In this document: one piece after another, positions 27,610 to 35,820 of the stretch
Numbering within the stretch: the first letter of the stretch is position 1
Layout of the letters: each line of letters opens with the position of its first letter
IMG/VR virus record: IMGVR_UViG_3300002026_000071
Location: 1 to 56,298 of that record
Reading direction: 5' to 3' (one strand)
Source of the DNA: a virus
Taxonomy: Duplodnaviria; Caudoviricetes
Length of the DNA stretch: 56,298 nucleotides
Notes under the pieces: model-generated
What the model saw: only the letters and a program-made list of their open reading frames with translations
The model's database searches: none
Told to the model about the DNA's origin: nothing
Position numbers and translations under genes: made by a program

Positions 27610-28169
27610 AGCTACTCAAATACGAGAATGCCAAGCTTTCTCATCAACTAATTTTCAACTTACCTGCTACCCCACAGATATGTGGACGCGTCTGTCCTGG
27701 CTGTTACGCCGCTAAGGCTCAAGTCCGCTTTAAAGCCGTACTTTTATCTCGCGAACGTAATTATCTAGCCTCCCAATTACCCTCCTTTCCATCACGAGTC
27801 ATCGCAGAAATCCTAGTCTGCAAACGCCCACTAGTCGCAGTTCGAGTGCACGAGTCAGGCGAATTCTATTCTCAAGAGTATCTCGACTACTGGACAGAGA
27901 TTGCGACTGCTCTCCCACACATTACATTCTACGCCTTTACTAAGCGCCGTGCACATTTTGACTTTACCACCTTATCTAGTTTACCGAATGTAGTCATCAT
28001 CAACTCCATTCAGCACGGTGCACTCAACTACGGTCCTGCTGCTAAGCTTCTACCATCAGTGCATACCTGCCCTTGTGCGCCAGGTGTACACATCCGCTGT
28101 GGCATCGACTGCACATACTGTATGCAGAAGTCCGCTCAACTTAACGGCGTTCAATTCCTCCAACATTAG
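27606..28169 (+). CDS. GP88-like phage protein (radical-SAM-like Cys motif)
   Basis: N.KL...FNLPA...CxxxCxxCYA, R.H.SGEFYS, FYAFTK, C-terminal C..DC..C. Confidence 0.72.
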   Translation: MKLLKYENAKLSHQLIFNLPATPQICGRVCPGCYAAKAQVRFKAVLLSRERNYLASQLPSFPSRVIAEILVCKRPLVAVRVHESGEFYSQEYLDYWTEIATALPHITFYAFTKRRAHFDFTTLSSLPNVVIINSIQHGALNYGPAAKLLPSVHTCPCAPGVHIRCGIDCTYCMQKSAQLNGVQFLQH

Positions 28170-28176
28170 GTGTACT

Positions 28177-28428
28177 ATGATCCAACTACTTTCAATCACA
28201 GTAGGTACTACTACTCAGTATGCGCTATACGATGCCGCTACTGAGTCGCGTAGTCCTATAGTTTCTGACCTTAAAGGCTTTCGCAATCCGTCTCACATCA
28301 ACCTGTACGAAGACGAAGGTTGGCTCACTAATCTTAGCGTCACTCCTGAAGCTACCGTAGTTACTCTAGCCACTTTTCCTTCCTACTACGAAGTCCTACT
28401 CAACGACCATTCAGAGCTATTCATATAG
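28177..28428 (+). CDS. PE-tag variant small protein (ends HSELFI)
   Basis: ATG at 28177 behind AGGT; LATFPSY..L resembles the 19340 subfamily. Confidence 0.72.
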   Translation: MIQLLSITVGTTTQYALYDAATESRSPIVSDLKGFRNPSHINLYEDEGWLTNLSVTPEATVVTLATFPSYYEVLLNDHSELFI

Positions 28429-28486
28429 AGCAGTGTACGCACTTCTCTATTATGCGTAAGCATATATCCCACTCTAAAGGACCTTA

Positions 28487-28753
28487 ATGGCCAGATATAC
28501 CAAAGCAGACCTAGTTAACGACTTACTTCTGCACGACGCTTTCTCCAGCCGTTCAAAGAAGTTTGTTACCGAGTTCGTCGAGGACTTCTTCGGCACGTTA
28601 GCTGACAAAGTTGTAGCCGGCGATGAAGTCGCTATTCCAGGCTTCGGCAAGTTCTCCAAGTATCAAGGTACCACCGCTGGCAAGCTCAACGGTAAGTTCC
28701 GCCCTAAATTCAGCGCCTTTACTGACTTCCGCAATGCCGTCAGTCAAGGTTGA
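28487..28753 (+). CDS. HU/IHF-like DNA-binding protein
   Basis: TKADLV...GDEV.IPGFGKF...PKF; shortened arm. Confidence 0.9.
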   Translation: MARYTKADLVNDLLLHDAFSSRSKKFVTEFVEDFFGTLADKVVAGDEVAIPGFGKFSKYQGTTAGKLNGKFRPKFSAFTDFRNAVSQG

Positions 28754-29132
28754 AGTACCAATCTACTACATACAAGAGTTTAAGACCAAAGCCCCCATTA
28801 CTTATCTAGTGGGGGATAACGTCTTTCGTAATGCCCACTACCACCTGAAGAACCAAATGAAGCAGCACTATCATCAGCTCATCGTAGCTCAACTAGTTCC
28901 GCCCATCCCACTACTCAAGTGCTTCCGCTTGGACATAGCTATTTACTATAAGAACTCAAATAGTGACCCTAGTAACATAGTCCACACAATTGAAAAGTTT
29001 AGTCTGGATGCTCTACGAGACTCTAAGGTCATCGCTAATGACAGCATGTTATATCATCTAGGGACTTCATATCATGTAGCTGGCAAAGACACCGACAATC
29101 CTCGTTGTGTCATAACCATATCGGAGGCTTAA
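28734..29132 (+). CDS. RusA-like Holliday junction resolvase
   Basis: D.SN...K...DAL....I.ND...PR..I.I; likely start ATG at 28734. Confidence 0.75.
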   Translation: MPSVKVEVPIYYIQEFKTKAPITYLVGDNVFRNAHYHLKNQMKQHYHQLIVAQLVPPIPLLKCFRLDIAIYYKNSNSDPSNIVHTIEKFSLDALRDSKVIANDSMLYHLGTSYHVAGKDTDNPRCVITISEA

Positions 29133-29428
29133 TGGACATCTACTCACCATATACTCCCATCCCTACCCCATTATACACGCGCCTACTTGACTTAGGTATC
29201 ATCCCCTCAACCACGCGATCATATAATGTCGGTAGCTCTGACTATTCTACTCACACCATCCAACCCTGGTCCATATGGCTTGACTACCAGCTCAACCCAT
29301 GGGATGCTGACATCATTAAGCGTATCTTGCGCACTAAGTCCACCGACTCACGTGCACTTGATTACGAAAAGGTCATTCATATTTGCCAGGAACGTATTCG
29401 CCAACTCACAAAGGAAAACCATGTTTGA
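29132..29428 (+). CDS. DUF3310-like phage protein
   Basis: NVG.SDY....IQPW...LNPW...IIK...R.K...D.EK..H; GGAGG RBS. Confidence 0.7.
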   Translation: MDIYSPYTPIPTPLYTRLLDLGIIPSTTRSYNVGSSDYSTHTIQPWSIWLDYQLNPWDADIIKRILRTKSTDSRALDYEKVIHICQERIRQLTKENHV

Positions 29429-30863
29429 ACAAATGTTTGAATTACCTAAAGACTCGACTCGCGTTTGGGACCTAGCAGTTCCTATTGTCGTCAACAAGAA
29501 CCGTATAGACGCATACATCACCGACGAAATCAGCGAGCCTTCCGACTACAACGAGCTATGTTACCTCCTTAACGTAGCTTCACCTGCCGAAACCTTCTAC
29601 TTACACATCAACACACCAGGCGGCATCATCGATTCAGCCTTTCACCTTATCGACGCTATAGAGACCTCCGCTGCCAGAGTCATCGCTATTCTAACCGGCA
29701 CTGTCGCCTCAGCAGGCACTATCATCACTCTTGCCTGCGACGACATTCAAGTTGCTGCCCATACCACCTGGATGTCTCACAACTACTCAGGCGGAATCAG
29801 CGGAAAAGGTTTATTATTGGCCATTTAGTAGAGCGATCTGCTATCTAAACTTACCTAAACGGAGAATATCTTACCGCATAGAGGCGAAGACAACTCACCG
29901 TGCTAAATTAATTTCAGTGCTACTTAAGAAAGGGCATGGTATAATTTGTATTATACTTAAGGATGCCTATGCTTACTCAACAAGTTCTACAATCTCATTT
30001 ATCTTACGATCCTTTAACAGGAATCTTTACTTGGCTTAATGGCTCATTTGCAGGCAAACCTGCTGGTTGTGTTACTGGTACATTGCCTAATGGTGGGTAT
30101 CACGCCATACGTTTTAATCATCATACCTATCGTGCACATCGCTTAGCGTGGCTGTACATGTATGGTGAATTCCCTAGTAAGTGCATTGACCATATAAACA
30201 GAGATCGTACAGATAATCGCATATCGAATCTACGTTTAGCTGATGATGCTTTAAACAGCAAGAATCAGACAATCTACAAGAATAGTCCTACAGGCTACCA
30301 TGGTGTTACAGCACATGGTAAGCGTTGGAGAGCACGTATCAATATTAACGGAAAGAAACGTCATTTAGGTGTTTTTGACACTATTGAAGAAGCTGCTGCT
30401 TGTAGACGAAAAGTAGAACTTGAACTTGGATTTCACGAGATGCACGGAAATTATAAAAGCCTAACGACTATCCCACAAGGGAGTACATCACAAGCAAATG
30501 GTGATGGAAATGGTAAGGATCTCTAAGAGATCTTGATATAGTCTACTCTGCATAGAAATATGCAGCAGTCCTTATGAGCCATAAGGACGGTACTTGGAGT
30601 TGCGTCCAAGTATGAATATTACGCATGAAATGAAGGCTCGCCAAGAGTTCGTTGACCGTAATCTCAACACCTCTTTCCGTCAATTGCACGAAGGTTTCTT
30701 CACCAATGACGAAATTGACCAGATTATCGACGGCAAAGACTTCTGGATGGACAAAGACGAAGTGCTACAACGCTGGGCAGCTCGCCGTTCGTTCATTCGT
30801 CCACAACGTGTTATCGCTGAAGCCACTATCACTCCCAAACGAGGACGTCCTGCACGTTCTTAG
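29421..30863 (+). CDS. ClpP-like serine protease, spliced: exon1 29421-29810, exon2 30624-30863 (209 aa)
   Basis: INTPGG, catalytic Ser in ASAG, His in MSHN; join SGKG|HEMKARQEF; G.DFW. Confidence 0.85.
29924..29945 (+). promoter_or_regulatory. Putative promoter TTAAG-N8-TG-g-TATAAT for the intron HNH gene
   Basis: Perfect extended -10 just upstream of TAAGGA and the ATG. Confidence 0.65.
29963..30526 (+). mobile_element. Intron-encoded HNH-AP2 homing endonuclease
   Basis: YDP.TG.F.W, AHRLAW.Y..G, IDHIN....DNRI.NLR, TG..GV...W.A.I...LG.F.T.EEA. Confidence 0.92.
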
Positions 30864-30874
30864 AAAGGCCTCTT

Positions 30875-32269
30875 ATGCATCTCGTACTAGACACCAACAT
30901 CTTACTGCTCGACGCTTACAACTTAGTTTCCATAGCTAAGTCTATGCCGTCAGTTCCTACTGTTGTCCTTCCAGAAACAGTACTCGACGAAGTTGACTCG
31001 AAAAAGTCTGGTAATTCAGAGCTCGCTTATCAAGCTCGCCAATTTTCCCGCCTCCTTTCAAAAGCTACTCGCCTTTCTGTCTCTCACAACGAATCCACCT
31101 CGTCTAAGTCTTCCTTCATCACCATTACCGAACTTAGCTTAGACGGCGTCACCATCCAGATCTACGCCCTCGCTGGCTACCCTACCTTCAACGACGACGA
31201 GCTCAATATCCGCAACGACAGGAAGATCCTTCACGTAGCTGAGCTAGTTCACCGTTCACATCGCGACGTAGTCTTCTGCTCTAACGACGTCATGTGTCGC
31301 ATTCGAGCTGAATCCCTCGGCCTCTCTACCACCGACTACAAACTAGTCGCCGACACAGACTTAGTTTTCGAGCGCCACTTAACAGTCGATTCCGACACCT
31401 TCTCTATCCTGCATAATATGCAGATTGCCGCTATCGACGTTGACTATCAACCATCCTACTACAACTACGTCTTCACCGACGACTCTACTGGCCAAGTAAA
31501 GCTAGCAACTTTACGCAACGGCCTCATTGACATTCTAGGTAAAGAGACTGAAGCCGAATTACGCAGACAGGACGTTCCACCCGCCAATAGCGGCCAGCTC
31601 TTCATGTCACGCGCCATACAGAACCCGTACACCGACTTAATTGTAGTCGAAGCTTTAGCCGGCTCAGGAAAGACTGTTACTGCCATCTCCAATGCCATCC
31701 AGCTAGTTAAGAAGGGCAAGTACAAGTCTATAACTTACGTTCGTGCATCAGTCGACGACGTAGAGAAGTCCGAGGAAATCGGCTTTCTCTCAGGCAACGC
31801 AGAGAAATTCGCTGTATACCTCCACCCACTCGAGGACACTCTTCAATTCATAGTTCGCTCTAATCACAAGGACTCTAAGCTTAAAGGCCGTGAGTTCGAG
31901 GAGATGATCGCAGAGAAAGTCGAGAAGCTTCGTTCTGACTGTTCTATCACTGGTATGATCACCCTAGGCATGCGCGGCCGTACGTTCAACGACACTGTAG
32001 CTATCATCGACGAAGTTCAGAACATGTCTAAGTCCTCACTTCAAAAAGTCCTCACTCGCTTTGGCCGCAACTGCAAGATCATTCTCATCGGCTCTAACAA
32101 GCAGATCGACAATGCCTATATCACTAAGTTCACTAACGGTCTATCAGTTGTACTCGATTCCTGCCGTACCGTACACGCCGACTTACGCCTTCATGCAGTT
32201 ACCCTCACCAAAGTTCTCCGCTCACCATTAGCAGAGTGGGCTGAGCGCATCTTCTCAACTAAGTCTTAG
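30875..32269 (+). CDS. phoH: PhoH-family ATPase with N-terminal PIN domain
   Basis: VLDTNILL, ND..IL, SND; AGSGKT, IGFL.G, MRGRTF, IIDEVQN, LTRFG, Q.D. Confidence 0.92.
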   Translation: MHLVLDTNILLLDAYNLVSIAKSMPSVPTVVLPETVLDEVDSKKSGNSELAYQARQFSRLLSKATRLSVSHNESTSSKSSFITITELSLDGVTIQIYALAGYPTFNDDELNIRNDRKILHVAELVHRSHRDVVFCSNDVMCRIRAESLGLSTTDYKLVADTDLVFERHLTVDSDTFSILHNMQIAAIDVDYQPSYYNYVFTDDSTGQVKLATLRNGLIDILGKETEAELRRQDVPPANSGQLFMSRAIQNPYTDLIVVEALAGSGKTVTAISNAIQLVKKGKYKSITYVRASVDDVEKSEEIGFLSGNAEKFAVYLHPLEDTLQFIVRSNHKDSKLKGREFEEMIAEKVEKLRSDCSITGMITLGMRGRTFNDTVAIIDEVQNMSKSSLQKVLTRFGRNCKIILIGSNKQIDNAYITKFTNGLSVVLDSCRTVHADLRLHAVTLTKVLRSPLAEWAERIFSTKS

Positions 32270-32355
32270 CCTCGTTGCGCGTATCTGGTTATTCCGAAGT
32301 ATCCACCCCGGGCACTAGTTTGGCACTCTAGTATCGTTACGCGCTTACGCCATTT

Positions 32356-32377
32356 TTAAGCATCCTTATGCTATAAT
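32356..32377 (+). promoter_or_regulatory. Putative sigma70-type promoter TTAAG-N8-TG-c-TATAAT
   Basis: Intergenic, upstream of the RNR operon. Confidence 0.7.
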
Positions 32378-32402
32378 CTATCTTTTCACTTCAAGGATTG
32401 CT

Positions 32403-32606
32403 ATGCAAACTACTCAATACCTCTACAACAAATCACCCAACGAGTTGCCCTCCCTAGTCGAGGGCTTTACTGCACGTTATCACGCCGCCAAGGACGTACT
32501 TAACGAAATTCTAGCCACCCCTCTCGAATCTCGGGACATGTACCGCCAATCAGAAGTGTCTAAGGCTATCGACTTCTGTCGTTCCTTTATGGACGGTAAC
32601 GCATGA
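32403..32606 (+). CDS. Small hypothetical protein
   Basis: AAGGA RBS; ATGA overlap with the RNR gene. Confidence 0.7.
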   Translation: MQTTQYLYNKSPNELPSLVEGFTARYHAAKDVLNEILATPLESRDMYRQSEVSKAIDFCRSFMDGNA

Positions 32607-34804
32607 ACCTAGTTAACACTCGCTCATTAATGTCCAAGGCCAAGTATTACGAGGCCTATTCTCGCTACAACGACTCTACTCTCTCGTACGAGCAATGGAC
32701 AGACTCAGTCTCACGTGTCATGGCCATGCACCGCAAGTTTTACGCCAAGCGTATGTCCGCTGAACTCAACGCTCTCCTAGAAGATGTAGAGTCCGCTTAC
32801 AACGTTCAACTATTCTTAGGTGCTCAACGTGCCCTACAATTCGGCGGTGATCAGCTGCTCAAGCATCACGCTCGCCTATACAACTGCGCATCAACCTGGT
32901 GTGATCGTCCCAACGTATTCGGCGGTATCATGTACCTCCTACTCTGCGGTGCAGGCGTAGGTTTCTCAGTTCAGCGGCATCACATCAATCGCCTCCCCCA
33001 GATCGCCACTCGCTCTAAGTCGGCCAAAACATTCATTGTCCCCGACTCAATCGAAGGCTGGGCTCAGGCTATCGACGTCCTCATGTCATCATTCTTCACC
33101 ACCGACGCTCGCTTCCCTGAGTACTCTGGCCACAAGATTTACTTTGACCTATCAGAAATTCGCCCTAAAGGCTCATTTATCTCGGGTGGCTTCAAAGCAC
33201 CTGGCCCAGAGCCACTACGCAAAGCTCTCGACCAGATTGAGCACCTAATCAAAGGCGAGCTCACTTCAGGTCGTATCTTCCTTCGTCCTATCGTAGCTTA
33301 CGACGCCATCATGTACCTAGCAGATGCAGTAATCGCAGGTGGTGTTCGACGTTCTGCCACTATCTGCATGTTCTCTAAAGATGACGAGGAAATGATTAAA
33401 GCCAAGACCGGCTCATGGTTCATAGATAGCCCGCAAAGAGGGAGATCGAACAACAGCTGCATGCTTCAACGTGACGACATAACTATGGATGAATTCCAGT
33501 CAATCATGCAGTCTGTCAAGGAAGTAGGCGAGCCAGGTTTTATCTTCGTAGATAACCTTGACTTCACTCTCAATCCTTGTGTTGAGGTAGGCATGCTTCC
33601 AGTCACTGCTGATGGTCGTTCTGGCTTCCAGCTCTGTAACTTAACTGAGCTCAATGGCGCACTATCCACTACCGAAGAAATTTTCTACGAGCAGTGTCGT
33701 GTAGGCTCTATCATGGGCACTATCCAAGCAGGCTACACAAATTTCCATTACCTAGTTGACGCTACTAAGGAAATTGTCGAGCGTGAGGCACTCATCGGTG
33801 TAGGCATCACCGGCATCATGAACAACCCACAGATCTTAACTAATCCAGACATCTTACGCAAAGGTGCTGAAATTGTCAAGTACTGGAACAAGTACACCGC
33901 AGAGCTAATCGGCATCAACCAAGCTGCTCGTACTACCGTTATAAAACCGTCAGGTAACGCCTCCGTCTTACTCGGCTGTGCGTCAGGTATTCATGGCGAG
34001 CATTCACCATTCTACCTACGTCACGTACAGTTCAGCCGCGATTCAGAAATCGCTCAACTCTTCCAGCGTCAGAACCCGCAAATGTGCGAATCTTCTGTTT
34101 GGAACCGTGAGCGAGACATCGTCGTAGCTTTCCCAGTAGTTGCACCCGCCACATCTATCTACAAGTCTGACCTACTTGGCGTCAAGCAGCTCGAGTACGT
34201 CAAGCTCCTTCAACAAACCTGGATTGAAGCCGGCACTAACATCGACTTATGCACCGATCCTCGTCTTCGCCACAATGTCTCGAACACAATCACCGTGGAC
34301 AACTGGGATGAAGTCACTCAATACATTTTCGACAACCGTCAGTTCTTATGCGGCGTATCCTTATTATCAGCCTCTGGCGATCGTGCATACCCGCAAGCTC
34401 CCTTCACCGAGGTCCTAACCCATGAACAAATCATCTCCCTCTACGGCGAAGTCGCTATGTTCACATCAGCTCTCATCGAAGCCGGCCTTAATGCCTTCAA
34501 CGGAGATCTCTGGACAGCCTGTTCTACAGTTCTCGGCTATGGCGAGCAACTTGACGAATCTCACGAGTATCTTCTCAAGCGTGACTTCATCAGGCGCTTC
34601 AATAAGTTCTCCAACAACTTCGAATCACCAGCCGCATGCGCCAACTGCCTTAAGGACGTCTACAATCTCCACAAGTGGTGGCGTATTCAAGGCTCCCTCA
34701 CCGACGTCAACTGGTCCAACGCACTCTCTAAAAAAGAGTACACCGACATTAACACCACTGGCGCTCAGGCCTGCAGTGGAGGCTCCTGTGACATCGACTT
34801 CTAG
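32603..34804 (+). CDS. nrdJ: Ribonucleotide reductase, class II (B12-dependent, monomeric RTPR-like)
   Basis: YNC, G.GVGF, GGVRRSA, SNNS, GEPG, NPCVE, CNLTE, KPSGN, C-terminal CSGGSC; no beta subunit nearby. Confidence 0.85.
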   Translation: MNLVNTRSLMSKAKYYEAYSRYNDSTLSYEQWTDSVSRVMAMHRKFYAKRMSAELNALLEDVESAYNVQLFLGAQRALQFGGDQLLKHHARLYNCASTWCDRPNVFGGIMYLLLCGAGVGFSVQRHHINRLPQIATRSKSAKTFIVPDSIEGWAQAIDVLMSSFFTTDARFPEYSGHKIYFDLSEIRPKGSFISGGFKAPGPEPLRKALDQIEHLIKGELTSGRIFLRPIVAYDAIMYLADAVIAGGVRRSATICMFSKDDEEMIKAKTGSWFIDSPQRGRSNNSCMLQRDDITMDEFQSIMQSVKEVGEPGFIFVDNLDFTLNPCVEVGMLPVTADGRSGFQLCNLTELNGALSTTEEIFYEQCRVGSIMGTIQAGYTNFHYLVDATKEIVEREALIGVGITGIMNNPQILTNPDILRKGAEIVKYWNKYTAELIGINQAARTTVIKPSGNASVLLGCASGIHGEHSPFYLRHVQFSRDSEIAQLFQRQNPQMCESSVWNRERDIVVAFPVVAPATSIYKSDLLGVKQLEYVKLLQQTWIEAGTNIDLCTDPRLRHNVSNTITVDNWDEVTQYIFDNRQFLCGVSLLSASGDRAYPQAPFTEVLTHEQIISLYGEVAMFTSALIEAGLNAFNGDLWTACSTVLGYGEQLDESHEYLLKRDFIRRFNKFSNNFESPAACANCLKDVYNLHKWWRIQGSLTDVNWSNALSKKEYTDINTTGAQACSGGSCDIDF

Positions 34805-34904
34805 TCTATATGCGATGTCAGACACCATCTCTTTCCTCGAGTATCTTAGGGCTTACCAGCTCTTCGATATTCTAGGTAAGTACAAACTATTTTAAGGATC
34901 AGTA

Positions 34905-35033
34905 ATGGAAATTAATTTTAACACACTCGCCTACGTCACCTGGAAGAAAGCCATAGCAGCTAACGACTTTAGTTCTGCCTGTAATGCATTAGCACTTATG
35001 CTTAGAGCACAGGAGATAGCATGCGACAATTAA
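34905..35033 (+). CDS. Small hypothetical protein (42 aa)
   Basis: TAAGGA RBS; MEINFNTLAYVTWKKAI...CDN. Confidence 0.5.
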   Translation: MEINFNTLAYVTWKKAIAANDFSSACNALALMLRAQEIACDN

Positions 35034-35269
35034 CTATAGATGAGTTTATCACTTTACTTCAAACAGACACAACTAATGACCCACAATCTGTCCAAGCATT
35101 AGTCGACTTCGAGGACTCGCTCGAATCAGTCATCACTCAAATCAACTCATACTATCGATCCGACTACCACGAATCGAAGGACATTGCTACTGCAATTGGG
35201 GCTATGTTAGTAGTCCTATCAAATCTAGTTGATTCTAACTTCTTCAAGGATTCTGTATGCAAAGACTAA
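35021..35269 (+). CDS. Hypothetical protein
   Basis: AGGAG RBS; acidic helical ORF. Confidence 0.65.
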   Translation: MRQLTIDEFITLLQTDTTNDPQSVQALVDFEDSLESVITQINSYYRSDYHESKDIATAIGAMLVVLSNLVDSNFFKDSVCKD

Positions 35270-35367
35270 TTGCCTGGCTTAGTACACCTCGCCAGTACAC
35301 CAACTTCGACGCAGCTGCTATGACTTTTGTCCTACTTGCCTTAATTCTCGAGCGTACAGTAGGCTAG
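35257..35367 (+). CDS. Small hydrophobic peptide (36 aa)
   Basis: AAGGA RBS; MQRLIAWL...FVLLALILERTVG. Confidence 0.45.
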   Translation: MQRLIAWLSTPRQYTNFDAAAMTFVLLALILERTVG

Positions 35368-35368
35368 T

Positions 35369-35665
35369 ATGGAATTTCTCCTCATCGGCTTAGCAGTAGC
35401 TTTTAACTGTATGATTATCAAAGTCAAATTTGAGCGAGGGCGTACAGCCGATGGGGCTCTGGATGCTGCACTTCTAGTGCTTATTACAGTAGTTTTCAGT
35501 GGCACATACGGCGCACTTGTAGTAGGCACTATTGCTAGTGCCTTTATTAGTATTTTCCTACTTATCAATCCACCTAAGCTAGATGCGCTTAAAGCTGATG
35601 TAGAAAAGTTTATAGAGCCTAAGTCAAAGAAGAAAGGACCTCGATGCGACTCCTACAATCTATAG
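35369..35665 (+). CDS. Membrane protein (about 3 TM, basic C-terminal tail)
   Basis: Hydrophobic segments followed by a KSKKK tail. Confidence 0.7.
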   Translation: MEFLLIGLAVAFNCMIIKVKFERGRTADGALDAALLVLITVVFSGTYGALVVGTIASAFISIFLLINPPKLDALKADVEKFIEPKSKKKGPRCDSYNL

Positions 35666-35820
35666 GTATTACATTCTCAGGCTTATTGTTTGTAGCTCTT
35701 TGCATAGTGAGCATGTACATCTCGTACATACTCGCTATTGGCATTTTTGTTTGTGCAGTATGCTATTCAATCTACTACACGTTCACTGCTATCGATACCC
35801 ACCTTCCATCATCAAAGTAA
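35644..35820 (+). CDS. Small two-TM membrane protein (58 aa), last + strand gene
   Basis: AAAGGA RBS; MRLLQSIGITFSGLLFVALCIVSMYISYILAIGIFVCAVCYSIYY...; overlaps the end of the convergent gene. Confidence 0.55.
   Translation: MRLLQSIGITFSGLLFVALCIVSMYISYILAIGIFVCAVCYSIYYTFTAIDTHLPSSK

Larger units (their letters stand above)
29811..30623 (+). ncRNA. Group I intron in the ClpP-like gene, carrying an HNH endonuclease
   Basis: Exon ends AAAAGGU pairing with IGS GCCAUUU; P AAACGGAGAA, Q ACCGTGCTAA, R GCCTAACGACTA, S GATATAGTCT; terminal G at 30623. Confidence 0.9.

Noticed and set aside
2770-28428. PE-tag ends as DNA repeats, integron attC-like sites or a CRISPR-like array
   Set aside because: Nucleotide identity is limited to codon positions 1-2 and the TAAGGA RBS; there is no palindromic attC structure, no constant repeat or spacer length, and no integrase or cas genes
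29226-29420. N-terminal extension of the ClpP-like ORF, and similar extensions at 12941, 28018 and 28623
   Set aside because: They overlap upstream genes in another frame; better-supported starts exist at 29421, 13031, 28177 and 28734
16169-30863. Pseudogenes or stop-codon recoding to explain the broken AAA, polA and ClpP ORFs
   Set aside because: All three breaks are explained by group I introns with exact in-frame joins; long ORFs elsewhere read in the standard code and end in TAA, TAG and TGA
32270-32350. tRNA or cobalamin riboswitch upstream of the class II RNR
   Set aside because: No TTCRA or D-loop consensus and no B12 box; too short and upstream of the predicted promoter. Kept only as an unclassified structure
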